This document shows positions 41,461 to 53,732 of a stretch of DNA of 64,000 nucleotides, in pieces. The notes beneath the pieces are model-generated. The model was given only the letters and a program-made list of their open reading frames with translations. It did not search any database and was not told where the DNA came from. Each line of letters begins with the position of its first letter. The stretch's first letter is position 1. Position numbers and translations under genes: made by a program. The stretch is taken from NCBI RefSeq assembly GCF_006345805.1, contig NC_043001.1:24056001-24120000 (forward strand). The letters run 5' to 3'. The stretch is from Octopus sinensis (lineage: Eukaryota).

Positions 41461-42332
41461 TGTCTTGAATTTCTTGTCGTGAAGGTAGATTCAGTTCAGT
41501 TTCATTTTTACTAAAATATAGATATTTTTATATCCTTGGTTGCGGATATATGATTTTAACGAAGCGGGGTTAGAGCAATGTATTCACAGACGTAACTTCC
41601 GACTACCAATACGCGAGGCTCAAACGCCTTTTTCTCCGTTTCTCAACGAGACACGTTTCTAAGATTTCGTTGAGTCACCTTTTATTCGCATGGGGGTGTT
41701 AATGTCTACCACTACAACAGACATACTATTTTTTCTTTGTTGTCCCTTTGTCTTGACCCTACGACAAATACACGCTGTTTGGTCTTGGGACTGTGTTAAG
41801 TCCAAAATTTCATTTGTTCTATTTATGTTAGAAATAGGGAAAAATTAGTTTTAACACCTCGACTCTATGTACGATTTAGTGCTAAGTTCACCCCTATTCT
41901 TGTTCTTACTATCGCTATATTTAAAACATTAATTTAGACTGCGTGGAATACTTTTATCTGTTAATTGTTCATTTAAATGTTTATTTGTTTTATTCATACA
42001 ATCGTGTATTTTGTTTTTGTTTCATGCTTTTTATTCTCCGTTCGCTGCTGCAGAGTTTTGTCGTATACTGTATTTGTATTCAGCGTCCGTTTTGAAAGCG
42101 AAAAATGTGCGTGTAAACGTGAATAAAAATGTCAGTAAAAACAAAATTTCCTTTTTCTTTTTTTTTTTTATCCTTTTGTCGATTCCTGGCTATCACGAGC
42201 AGGCTTCCTCGAGTAATTATAATTGTTTTATGAAAAATTCCAAAGAAAATGTTCAAATTTTCATTCGGTAAAATTCTAACTATAGTTTAGCTTCGAAGTG
42301 AAATGATTACGTGTGTGTACACTTCGAGAAGC

Positions 42333-42379
<47 letters not shown>

Positions 42380-42381
<2 letters not shown>

Positions 42382-42937
42382 TCTTTGATGCAATACCAGG
42401 CAGTGGCTCTCATGGCTTCTGATCTTAATTGATTGGAAGTGTTAGCATGTACATGGTTTTGTCATGGTATAAAAGATGGGCTACAGCAAATATCTTGCTC
42501 AATGCCACAGATTTGCTTGTCAGTTGTTTAATCTTAACCAATTGAGCATGTCCTTTGGTGGCTGACGATATGTGCATCACTGATCACGTGCAGAAGTAAT
42601 GGAGGAGCATCATAACTATGTGTTGAGAGGAATTATTTGGGGTTTGAATAATTCAAATCTGGAAAGTCTAAAACATGGGTTTTTGTTCATCATCCTTAAA
42701 CAACCCATATCCAAGGACCTTTTGAATGGGAGGGGCTACTCGACCTGAAGAAAATTCTAACTGACCTGCAAGGTCATGCGCTATTTATTTTGATATGAGA
42801 TCACAATGTCACGCACAATATGGTTGTGATGCGTGTGCCTGGTATATCCTTATCAGACGGGTAGTCATGATGGGTATATTGGGCATCGTATATTTTACCC
42901 CAATATCACTTTGATGGCATGCACTGCTCTCTCACTC
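42380..42937. mobile_element. ~560-bp non-coding insertion bounded by (TAA)n tracts, class unknown
   Basis: Complex sequence between TAA arrays 42333-42379 and 42938-42985; no ORF; recalled as a common octopus repeat (unverified). Confidence 0.4.
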
Positions 42938-43057
42938 AATAATAATAACAATAATAATAATAATAATTATAATTATAATAATAATAATAAGCTGAAGGAG
43001 TAGATAGAAAAGTTTGGCTTGCAAAGGTACATAGAATACATATAACTGGCCTGCTTG

Positions 43058-43120
<63 letters not shown>

Positions 43121-43125
43121 AATTT

Positions 43126-43385
43126 CATTTATTTGCCACAAGGGCAAAGAATGAGGGGGACAGTACAAAGACAGATATAAAGTGTAGGGGGTTTACATTT
43201 AATAAATGATAAAAAAAAAGGTAAGTAAGTGTACATGGTATACACTGAAAAAAAAAAAGGATATATGCATAGTATACAAAGATTAAAAAAAAGTAGCGGG
43301 GAGGATAATAGAGATGTGGCCCTCCTGATATAGGAAGGCCTCTAGGGATAATCGAGGAATCCCACTATCCAAGATTTCTCTGAAA
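43126..43385 (-). mobile_element. Probable LINE 3'UTR fragment sharing its last ~55 nt with the SINE-C tail
   Basis: rc TCTGTCTTTGTACTGTCCCCCTCATTCTTTGCCCTTGTGGCAAATAAATGAAAT aligns to SINE-C TCTGTCCTTGTTTGTCCCCTCTATGTTTAGCCCCTTGTGGGCAATAAAGAAAT; the upstream ~200 nt is not SINE-C. Confidence 0.55.
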
Positions 43386-43950
43386 CCCCACGATAATGTG
43401 TGTGAGTATCTTCATTGGCTCTTATACCGTAAATACCAATATGAAGTAACAGAGAACTGGTATGAGCATGTACCAAGTAAAGTTATGCAGGAGGATGGAA
43501 AAGTTACGATACTCTTGGACTATGGTTTTCAGACGGATCGTGTAATTGGACACCGTCGACCGGATATTGTTATATTGAGTAAGAGAGACAAACACTGTCA
43601 AATCATTGATGTGGCCATACCAAAAGACATGAATGTTGTGAGTAAAGAGGTTGATAAAATCACCAAGTACTTCGAATTGAAAGTGAAAATGGCAAGACTG
43701 TATGGAATGCGAGAGGGTAATGTAAAAGTGATACCAGTGGTGATCCGAGCGTTGGACTCAATCCCATTGAAACTTCAAGACTTCTTAAGGCAACTGGAAA
43801 TCCCATGCAAGATTGGTGTCTTGCAAAAAGCAGCCATATTGGGCACAGCGCACATCATAAGGAAAGTATTATCTGTCTGAGGTCCTTGTTGTGACTTGAC
43901 AGACGACTAAAGTCTCTGGTGCATTTTTACCTACACTGTATTACGAAGGA

Positions 43951-43997
<47 letters not shown>

Positions 43998-43998
43998 C
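43385..43998 (+). mobile_element. 5'-truncated Dong/R4-clade non-LTR retrotransposon (RLE domain, 3'UTR, TAA tail)
   Basis: HDNVCEYLHW...TDRVIGHRRPDIV...IIDVAIP...KE..K..KY...VIPVVI...LQKAAILGTAHIIRKVLS; 3'UTR runs into (TAA)n, the established Dong target. Confidence 0.9.
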
Positions 43999-44364
43999 TT
44001 GTCGCAGATGATCTATAATCGACCGTTGAAAATTGCCTTTCCAAGGAATGCTGTAATTATATACATGCAATATGTCCATGATAAATGTGAGGCGAGATGA
44101 AGATAATATGAGAGTTCATAACAGAATTGATTGTCATGCGATAATATAACAAACAATGTTCCAGATATTACATTTCTATTAATCATATTAGTTATCGTTA
44201 ACTTGGTCGCGCTTGTCATTAACACAACACTTGTTGTACTGGTATACTAATAAACATAGAAGTTTTTTTGAAGGTATAATAAACAATACTCAGTGCAATC
44301 AATAAAGCAATTGACTTCAATATTCAGCAAATTTTCAGTGTGTGTGTGTGCATGTGTAATGTGC

Positions 44365-45000
44365 TCAAGAGAGAAAGCTTACCAAATACCAGGAATTGCT
44401 CGGGTGGTAAGGAGACTACTGGTGCACACGCTGCCGGATGTTTGTGGGACGACCATTTAGCAAAGCTCTGACTGGCTTGGACTTGCTGTTGAAGTTTGTT
44501 TGTTTGTTTGTTTGTATGTTGAGCGAAGCGGTCTTCGTCCCAGAGCTCGCAAGATCGCGCCTCGGTAGTGGGAGAAGTCCGAAACGTGGTCCTTTGCTAT
44601 TTGTAAGACCCGCAGAAGAGAAAGCAGGTCAACCCCCGACACCGAGAGCATCGACGGATGGATGAATGCGCATCCAGGCTCAGCGGTTGCGTAGGAAGTC
44701 GGGGACAAGAAACAGGAAGAAAGAGTGAGAGAAAGTTGGAGCGAAAGAGTACAACAGGGGTCGCCACCACCCCTTGCCGGAGCCTCGTGGAGTTTTATGT
44801 GTTTTCGCTCAATAAACACACACAACGCCCGGTCTGGGAATCGAAACTGCGATCCTCCGACTGCGAGTCCGCTGCCCTAACCACTGGGCCATTGCGCCTC
44901 CACTGCTGCTGCAGTCAAGAAGCGGGCGACACGCAAAATCAATGAAGCTGCAAAGGAAGCAACTAGATGGCTTTGGATAATAAAGGCAGACCCAAAACAT
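44365..45000 (+). mobile_element. Degenerate 3' end of a HERO-like RLE LINE, split by a SINE-B
   Basis: ERKLTKYQELL..GW...CRMFVGRPFSKALTGL (44365-44489) resumes as AVKKRATRKINEAAKEATRWLW (44910-44980), matching the recalled HERO-type C-terminus. Confidence 0.55.
44490..44903 (-). mobile_element. SINE-B (OR1-like head) with tail type 2 and (CAAA)n end
   Basis: Collinear with the 677 copy, which lacks ~25 nt near the tail; short TSD TGCTG. Confidence 0.85.
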
Positions 45001-45089
45001 CATTGATAGTACAATGTGTCGGCATCCGGGAGGGTTTATGAGCACCCACAAAATTAATATATGTACAACTTAACATGAATGTCTTGTTT

Positions 45090-45545
45090 CAACACCGAAT
45101 TATGCGTTATTAGTCTTTAGAGATCCTCTCATACAGGCGCTTGGTGTATAAAAGCATACGCATAGATCGCAGCAAAAGAGAATCGTTCCTCATGGGCGCC
45201 GGATTTCATTCTACTGAAAATCATCGGTGGTGGGTGTCCTGTTCGGTCACCGCTTCCCAGTCAAATTCTCCCTGCTACGATATATAGAATATCAGCATAT
45301 TCTCAGGCACTGATGTCGCAAATAGCCAGCAAGCTTATTAAAACCTAATTATTAGCGACAGAAGCAGTACTAATACCAAAAAGTAGTCTTTATATCCGAC
45401 TTTACACGAATGTCTTTGTAGAACACCATGTGCTGCGTTATTAGCCTTGACAGATCTCAGACAGACGCTTGGTGCATAAAAGTACACACATAGATCGTAG
45501 CAGATGAAGAACTGTCTGTCATGGACGCCGGAATTCCTATCACTA
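45090..45545. repeat. Diverged direct repeat, ~125-bp units about 330 bp apart
   Basis: GCGTTATTAG..CTTGGTG(T/C)ATAAAAG..CATAGATCG(C/T)AGCA..CATGG(G/A)CGCCGGA at ~45100-45215 and ~45430-45545. Confidence 0.65.
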
Positions 45546-45601
45546 ATAATTAATTTGTAATTACCGTAGCATTTTCTTCTTTCTGTATTTTTTCTTTATA
45601 T

Positions 45602-45690
<89 letters not shown>

Positions 45691-45782
45691 ATATATATAT
45701 ATATATGCATATATATATATATATTTGTATATATATATATAGTATATATATATGTATATATATGTATTTATATATATGTATG

Positions 45783-45814
<32 letters not shown>

Positions 45815-45909
45815 ATGTATATATATATGTATATATATATATATGTATATATATATGTATATATATATATATGTATATATATGTATATATATATATGTAT
45901 ATATATATG

Positions 45910-45941
<32 letters not shown>

Positions 45942-46499
45942 ATATACATACATACAAGTAGAAATCATTATATGCTATGCTGGGTGTTTGTTTTGTTTTT
46001 TAATTCTGTTTATTGAAGTTGTATGTGTCCTCACTTTTTTTTTCATCTGGACTTATTTTATTGACAAAACCAAATTTGGACATAGAATTTAGATAAGTAA
46101 AACTTACCTTTGATTCAAGGCTCCACCACAAATAAAGTGCCTCGTGTTTGCTTTATCTGTCTAGAAATAACAGCTAAAATCTTCCTTAAATCACAGTGTA
46201 CACCCTTACCAAAAGACATGGTAGAGGATATAGTATGGAATACACAATGACTGAAAAAAAAAAATGATGATATAATCCTGGGTGGGTTGACATTGGACAC
46301 AGGTCTGCTCAATCGGGACTGATTTGGAACCAAACATTAACAACATTTCCCAAGACTTTTTCATTACAATAAAGTCAGCAAATCCCATATGTTTTACTAA
46401 TTAAGGAAGATTTAACAATGAGTTTTATATACCTTGTTAGAAAATTACTTTTTGCGCTTTATCCACAGAACAAGAGATCATGTATGTTGAATATTCTTT

Positions 46500-46919
46500 A
46501 TTCTTTTACTTGTTTTAGTCATTTGACTGTGGCCATGCTGGAGCACTGCCTTTAATCGAGCAAATCGACCCCCAGGACTTATTCCTTGTAAGCTTAGTAC
46601 TTATTCAATCGGTCTGTCTTGCCGAACCGCTAGGTGACGGGGACGTAAACACACCAGCAGCGGTTGTCAAGCGATGTTGGATGGACAAACACAGACACAC
46701 AAACATACACACACACACACACTCTCTCTCTCTCTCTCTCTCACTCACACACACACACACATATATATATTCGAGGGGCTTCTTTCAGTTTCCGTCTACC
46801 AAATCTACTCACAAGGCTATAGCAGAAGACACTTGCCCAAGGAGCCCCGCAGTGGGAATGAACCCGGAACCATGTGGTTGGTAAGCAAGCTACTTACCAC
46901 ACAGCCATTCCTGCGCCTA
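46500..46919 (-). mobile_element. SINE-A full copy
   Basis: As above. Other minus copies at 3636-4165, 6935-7290, 19185-19770 (interrupted), 20235-20678, 24060-24372, 18270-18480, 38400-38530. Confidence 0.88.
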
Positions 46920-47435
46920 TAATATGAAAAAAAAGAAGAAAGAACAAGACAAAAAACTATTGTATTTCAATTTTAGTGTTTCTAGGTAAAAAGGCGCATG
47001 ATAGCGCGTGGCTTAATGGTTAGGAATATTCGGCTCACTATCATGAGTTCGATTCCCGGCGGCGCGTTGTGTCTTTGAGCTAAACAACTTCTTTCACCTT
47101 GCTCCAGTTCACCCAGCTGGCGGAAATGAACAGCATCTGTATTCTAAAGGGCCAGTTTTGTCACATTCTGTGTTGTGCTGAATCTCGCTGAGAACTGTGT
47201 TAATGGTATGCGTGCCTGCGGAGTGCTCAGCCACATGCATTTTAATTTCTCCAACGTCTTCGTAATCGACGGAGCGCCACCTATGCAAGAAAACCCATGC
47301 TTTAATCGAGTCACTGTGGGGCTTAAACTGTGTGAAGCATTTCTGTTACTTTTAAATCATATTCCACTCTTAGAAAGATTTTAAATTTATTTCAGTATTA
47401 GCTACGAATTAATTTTCTTCTCTTAACATTTGTTT

Positions 47436-47745
47436 TGTGGAAGCACATGGCCTAGTGGTTAGAACAGCGGACTCACGGTCGAGGGATCGCGGGTTCGAAT
47501 CTCAGACCGGGCGATATATGTGTTTATGAGCGAAACACCTAAACTCCACGCGGCTCCGGCAGAAGGTAATGGCGAACTTCTGCTGACTCTTTCGCCACAA
47601 CTTTCTCTCCCTCTTTCCTCCTGCATCTTGCAGCTCACCTGCGACGGACCGGCGTCCCGTCCAGGCGGGGAACCTATACGCCAAGGAAACCGGGAAACCG
47701 GCCCTTATGAGCCAGGCATGGCTCGAGAAGGAACAAACAACAAAG
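47436..47745 (+). mobile_element. SINE-B mosaic (OR1-like head, OR2-like tail)
   Basis: Similar mosaics at 8998-9290 and 23098-23410; reciprocal type (OR2-like head, type-1 tail) at ~47000-47270. Confidence 0.8.
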
Positions 47746-48138
47746 TTTGTTTTAAACCATAAGTGCTGACATGGCTTAGTGCTTAAATAGTTAGCTTCCC
47801 AACCATATGGTTCCAGGTTCAGGCCCACTGTATGGTACCTATGGCAAATGTCTTCAACTATAACCTCAGGCCGAACAAACTAAAGGAAGCCCGTCGAACG
47901 TATGCATATGTGTCTTTGTGTTTGTCCTCTACCGGCACTTGACAACCGGTGTCGGTTTATCTACATCCCCGTTACTTAGCAGTTCGGCAGAAGAGACCGA
48001 AAGAATACGTACCAGGTTTTAAAATTAAATTAGTACTGGAGTCGCTTCGTTCAAATAAAATCCTTCAAAGCGGTGCCCAAGCATGGCCGCAGTCCAATGA
48101 CGGAAACAAATAAAAGATGAAAGAAAAAAATATAAATA

Positions 48139-48560
48139 AGCGCAGGAGTGGCTGTGTGGTAAGTAGCTTGCTTACCAACCACATGGTTCCGGGTTCAGTC
48201 CCACTGTGTGGCATCTTGGGCAAGTGTCTTCTACTATCGCCTCGGGCCGACCAAAGCCTTGCGTGTGGATTTGGTAGATGGAAACTGAAAGAAGCCCGTC
48301 GTATATATGTATATATGTGTGTATGTGTGTGTGCATATGTTTGTGTGTCTGCGTTTGTTCCCCCGACATCGCTTGACAACCGATGCTGGCGTGTTTATGT
48401 CCCCGTAACTTAGCGTTTCGGCAAAAGAGACCGATAGAATAAGTACTAGACTTACAAAGAATAAGTCCTGGGGGTCGATTTGCTCGACTAAAGGCGGTGC
48501 TGCAGCATGGCCATAGTCAACAGACTGAAACAAGTAAAAGAGTAAAAGAGAGTAAAGAGT
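48139..48560 (+). mobile_element. SINE-A (OK-like, ~410 bp) with central microsatellite
   Basis: A box TGGCTGTGTGG, B box GGTTCAGTCCC, CTTGGGCAAGTGTCTT block, tail (GTAAAAGA)n. Confidence 0.88.
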
Positions 48561-48701
48561 ATGAACGAGAATCAGTTTAATACAAAACTAAATATTTCTT
48601 TTGCCAATTGCATTTAGAACCCAAATGTGATTAATAGCATGTTTAGGGCCGCAGTTATAACGCAGGAGTTCAAAATGTAGAGCAATATTAATAGACAACA
48701 T

Positions 48702-48934
48702 GAGGCGGCAAGCTGGCAGAATCGTTAGCACGCCGGGCGAAATGCGTAGCCGCATTTCATCTGCCGTTACGTTTTGCGTTCAAATTCCGCCGAGGTCAAC
48801 TTTGCCTTTCATCCTTTCGGGGTCGATAAATAAAGTACCGGTTACGCTCTGGGGTCGATGTAATCGAATTAATCCCTTTGTCTGTCTTAGTTTGTCCCCT
48901 CTATGTTTAGCCCCTTGTGGGCAATAAAGAAATA
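48702..48934 (+). mobile_element. SINE-C monomer
   Basis: 18-bp TSD AATATTAATAGA(C/T)AACAT. Confidence 0.9.
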
Positions 48935-49499
48935 AATATTAATAGATAACATATAATCACTAATTTATGACTGTTGACGTCCCTTCCTTTTTACCTTTCA
49001 AGGGAATATTCCATGTCAATTAGGAAACACCTCTTCGAATCATTTTTCTTTAATCTGACACAAATTAATAAAAGTGTGATTAAAAATTTAAATATATAGG
49101 TTCCCTAAAATTTCTAATTTAATCCCGAGCGTAAGCTATTAATAAAATGTAAAGTGTTACTAATTAATTTCCTTAATGAATCAATGTTCACTAATTGACT
49201 ACATTTTCATGCATTTTTTTTTTCACTACATTTAAATCACGTATTCCCTCATTTAAGTGGAATGCTGATAGGATCGCGTGGGCGGGATACGGTAATGGAT
49301 AAGTGTCTTCGAATTTCATTGTGATACTTTTGGATGGCTCTGGCGACTTCTCCGAGTAATTCCCTCATTTTCGATAGCTGAAAATAAATGAATAACCAAT
49401 CTGTATTTTAAAATAGGTCTTATGTTTCGAATATATTTTATTTCGTTTTTCAACCTCTATGCTAGAGAATCTATCTCAAGTTTTCAATGGTTCTGGAGA

Positions 49500-49570
49500 A
49501 TGACTGTAGCGAGACTCGAACCCGATTGGCCACATTACGGATTTCAATCAACTACGTCTCTCTACCCTAC
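49500..49570 (-). tRNA. Degenerate tRNA-like relic
   Basis: rc contains GATTGAAATCC (anticodon-arm-like), a long variable region and GGTTCGAGTC; the 5' half does not form a cloverleaf. Confidence 0.25.
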
Positions 49571-49670
49571 ACACGTTCGAGGCCGAGTTATTAACTAATC
49601 AACGACCAATCTTCACATGATATGGTTTCTCCAGATCCTTCTAAATTTTTCTCGGTAAGAAGTCCATAAG

Positions 49671-49931
49671 TGGAGGCGCGTGGCTTAGTGGTTAGGGTGG
49701 CAGCATCATGATCGTAAGATTGTGGTTTCGATTCCTAGACCGGGCGACGCGTTGTGTTCTTGAGCAAAACACTTCATTTTCACATTCTCTAGTCCACTCA
49801 GCTGGCAAAAATGAGTAACGCTACGATGGACTGGCGTCCCGTCCAGCTGGGGAGCACATACGCCATTGAAACCGGGAAACCAGGTTCATGAGCCTGGTTA
49901 GGCTTTAAAAGGGCGCATTTATTTAATTTTT
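49671..49931 (+). mobile_element. SINE-B (OR2-like CORE-type)
   Basis: CORE-like TTGTGTTCTTGAGCAAAACACTT; GATGGACTGGCGTCCCGTCCAG block; TSD TAAGAAG(T/C)CCATAA. Related copies at 5026-5255, 51590-51795, 51893-52150, 22248-22520. Confidence 0.85.
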
Positions 49932-50135
49932 TAAGAAGCCCATAAACAGAGTTTGTATTAAACGCCTATTCGCAGTGTGGTAGACGTCCGAATGGAATAC
50001 CGTTTCCGCTCTTGCCAAGTTTCAGTGTGTGCGAAGTTGCGGTTCGATGCACACACGCCTTTACTGCTCAAATAATCATTCTAGCGACTGCATGCTCACC
50101 CTTATATATGTTATTTGAATGCAGAAATAGTGTTG

Positions 50136-50139
<4 letters not shown>

Positions 50140-50184
<45 letters not shown>

Positions 50185-50517
50185 ATAATATATATATATA
50201 TATATATCTATATATATATATATATATATCTATATATCTATATATATATCTATATATATATATATATATATCTATATATATATATATATATATCTATATA
50301 TATTATTATATATATCTATATATATATATATATATCTTATATATATATAATATATCTATATAATATATATATATATCTATATATATATATATCTATATAT
50401 ATATATCTATATATATATATATATATATCTATATATATATATATATATATCTATATATATATATATATATATCTATATATATATATATATATATCTATAT
50501 ATATATATATATATATC

Positions 50518-50554
<37 letters not shown>

Positions 50555-50590
50555 ATATATATATATATATATCTATAATATTATATATAT
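50140..50590. repeat. Compound (TA)n/(TATC) microsatellite
   Basis: ~450 bp of AT dinucleotide with periodic CT. Similar long tracts at 1625-1800, 26775-26950, 30225-30332, 45600-45955, 51825-51892, 61980-62285. Confidence 0.95.
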
Positions 50591-50591
50591 A

Positions 50592-51012
50592 AGGCGCAGG
50601 AGTGGCTGTGTGGTAAGTAGTTTGCTAACCAACCCCGTGGTTCCGGGTTCAGTCCCACTGCGTGACATTCTTGGGCAAGTGTCTTCTGCTATAGCCCCGG
50701 GCCGACCAATGCCTTGTGAGTGGATTTGGTAGATGGAAACTGAAAGAAGCCCGTCGTATATATGTATATGTATATATATGTGTGTGTGTTTGTGTGTCTG
50801 TGTTTGTCCGCACCCCCCACAACATCGCTTGACAACCGATGCTGGTGTGTTTACGTCCCCGTCACATAGCGGTTCGGCAAAAGAGACCGATAGAATATGT
50901 ACTAAGCTTACAAAGAATAAAGTCCTGGGGTTGATTTGCTCGACTAAAGGCGGTGCTCCAGCATGGCTGCAGTCAAATGACTGAAACAAGTAAAAGAGTA
51001 AAAGAGTAAAAG
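50592..51012 (+). mobile_element. SINE-A full copy
   Basis: As above. Other plus copies at 1-245, 10370-10822, 25633-26035, 34216-34835, 36190-36405, 47765-48115, 55600-55745. Confidence 0.88.
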
Positions 51013-51848
51013 ATATATATATATATATTCCTGTGCTAAGCTTCTGTATCCAGTAAGCCATGCACGTTGCAGTATGTTTCCAATTGTTGACTCGATGAGA
51101 AGATTTTTGTAATTCATGACCAACCTCAGGAGAACTTGTGCAGCATGAATAAAATCTCATTTAATGCTGGAATGGTATTATTGTCTCAATTACGCGCAGC
51201 CTCACGTATATAACCAATCAACAATTCACAAATTTACATTGGTGTCACCCGACAGAGCTTTCTTACAGTTAAAACCAGTTACATGACTTTCGTTCAAATG
51301 AATTAATAATTAGAAAACTGGTTCGTTAAGTATATCCCCTATTATCTCTCTTCTATGTACTGGCGGTTAGAATCGTTATATATAAAACAAGTTAACTACC
51401 TGAATATTTTTCCACCATTCAATCATGTGTAACTGCGCAAGTGACATTTTGTTTTTAGAAAATTATATATTAATTGCCGAATAAAGTCTACCAGGTGATT
51501 CATTGTGACTATTGATATACGAACAATTTTATGATAGAAAATGGGCGATTGTAACCGCGCTGAATCTTATGAGGAACAAGCAGGTCGACGCGCTGGACCG
51601 GATGACGCGTTGGACCGGGCGACGCGTTGTGTTTTTGAGCAAAGCACTTCATTTCACGTTGCTCCAGTCCACTCAGCTGGCAAAAATGAGTAACGCTGCA
51701 ATGGACTGGCGTCTCGTCCAGCTGGGGAACACATACGCCATTGAAACCAGGAAGCCGGGCCCATGAGCCTGGCTAGGCTTTAAAAGGGCGTATTTATTTT
51801 ATTATATATATATAGAAATATAAATATATCTATCTATCTATCTATCTA

Positions 51849-51895
<47 letters not shown>

Positions 51896-52448
51896 GAGGC
51901 GCGTGGCTTAGTGGTTAGGATGTGTCAGCATCATGATTGTAAGATTCTGGTTTCGATTCCTGGACCGGGCGATGCGTTGTGTTCTTGAGCAAAGCACTTC
52001 ATTTCACATTGTTCCAATCCACTCAGCTGGCAAAAATGAGTAACGCTGTGATGGACTGGCGTCTCGTCTAGCTGGGGAACACATACGCCATTGAAACCGG
52101 GGAAACCGGGCCCATGAGCCTGGCTAGGTTTAAAAGGTGGCATTTATTAATTTTTTTAAGAAGCCCAAATTAAGTCTACCAGGTAATTCATTATGACTAT
52201 TGATATACGAACAGTTTTATGACAGGAAATGGGTGATTGTAACCGCGCTGAATCTTACGAGGAACAAGCAGGTCGAAAACCTAATGTTTCTGTAGGTGTT
52301 AACTTCACCTGTGGTTTTAGAATGAATTGGTCATTCACAGCGAGAAATTGTTTCTTTACTTCTGGTCAGAGAAACATATACTCTAAATGTATATTAAGGT
52401 CTAGATTCAAGAGGTAACCATGCGTAACATTATATTCATTTGTCTGTT

Positions 52449-52685
52449 TAGGCGGCGAGCTGGCAGAGACGTTAACACGCCAGGCGAAATGCGTAGCCGT
52501 ATTTCGTCTGCTGTTACGTTCTGAGTTCAAATTCCGCCGAGGTCGACTTTGCCTTTCGTCCTTTCGGGGATCGATAAATTAAGTACCAGTTATGCACTGG
52601 GGTCGATGTAATCGACTTAATCCGTTTGTCTGTCCTTGTTGGTCCTCTCTGTGTTTAGCCCCTTGTGGTGGGTAGTAAAGAAATA
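52449..52685 (+). mobile_element. SINE-C monomer
   Basis: TSD TATATTCATTTGTCTGT. Confidence 0.9.
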
Positions 52686-52804
52686 TATATTCATTTGTCT
52701 GTCTGTTTGTCTCTCTGCGTGCACGTGTGTGTACGTGCATAGTATCTGAGAGAATGTGAGAGAGAAAGAGATAGGGACAGGGTGAGACATGGAAGGAAGG
52801 AGAC

Positions 52805-52835
<31 letters not shown>

Positions 52836-53732
52836 AAGATATGTAACGCTTGTGTTTACAAAGAAAAATTACTGAATAAATAATGAAGATTTTTTGAAAC
52901 TTCAGCTTGTATTATATATGTGTATTCGTATGTATGTATGTCTTATGTGTGTATGTATGTTTACATACATGTATGCGTACGAATTGTACGAATGTATATA
53001 CATGCACAGCCAAACGTACACACACACACACACACTCACACACACATGCACAGAGTTTCCATGTCACTACAATAGTTATTGACAAGCAATTTTAATGATT
53101 AATTGTGATATGTTTGACAGCCAGATCAACGTAGCTGCGTTCAGATTTCACAATGCATAAAATGTTACATTTTATACTCCATAACTATTGAAATATAACT
53201 ACTGCACTCTGTCGTTGAACACATTATCGTAAATTTTATGATTCACAGACACCTTCACCGTATAAATAACACTACATATGTATGTATCTGCTATTTTTTT
53301 AATTATTATAAATCTTCCACTGAGGAGGGAACCAGTTTCCAACAAGGATACAAGTCTGTATGTATGTCATTATTCAGTTTATTTCAAGATTTCTTGCTAA
53401 TAGAGAAAGACCGGTTTCTAACCTAGACCCAAGACCCATCATTGGAATTTCAACATCAACAATAGGGTATTTTTCTTTGTATGTATGTATGAGCAGATTT
53501 GTATGTTTTATGTATGTATTCTCATGCATAGACATGCTCATATATATTTATATGATAAACTTCTGGAAAGTTTTGGAGATTTTTACAGTTCCAGTGACGG
53601 ATTGGATCTGTAATCTTCGAATTAGCTTTCTCCTTTCTGGTTGAACATATGTATATATGTATACGTGTGTGTATGTATGTATGTATGTATGTATGTATGT
53701 ATGTATATATGTATGTATATATATGCTTGTAT

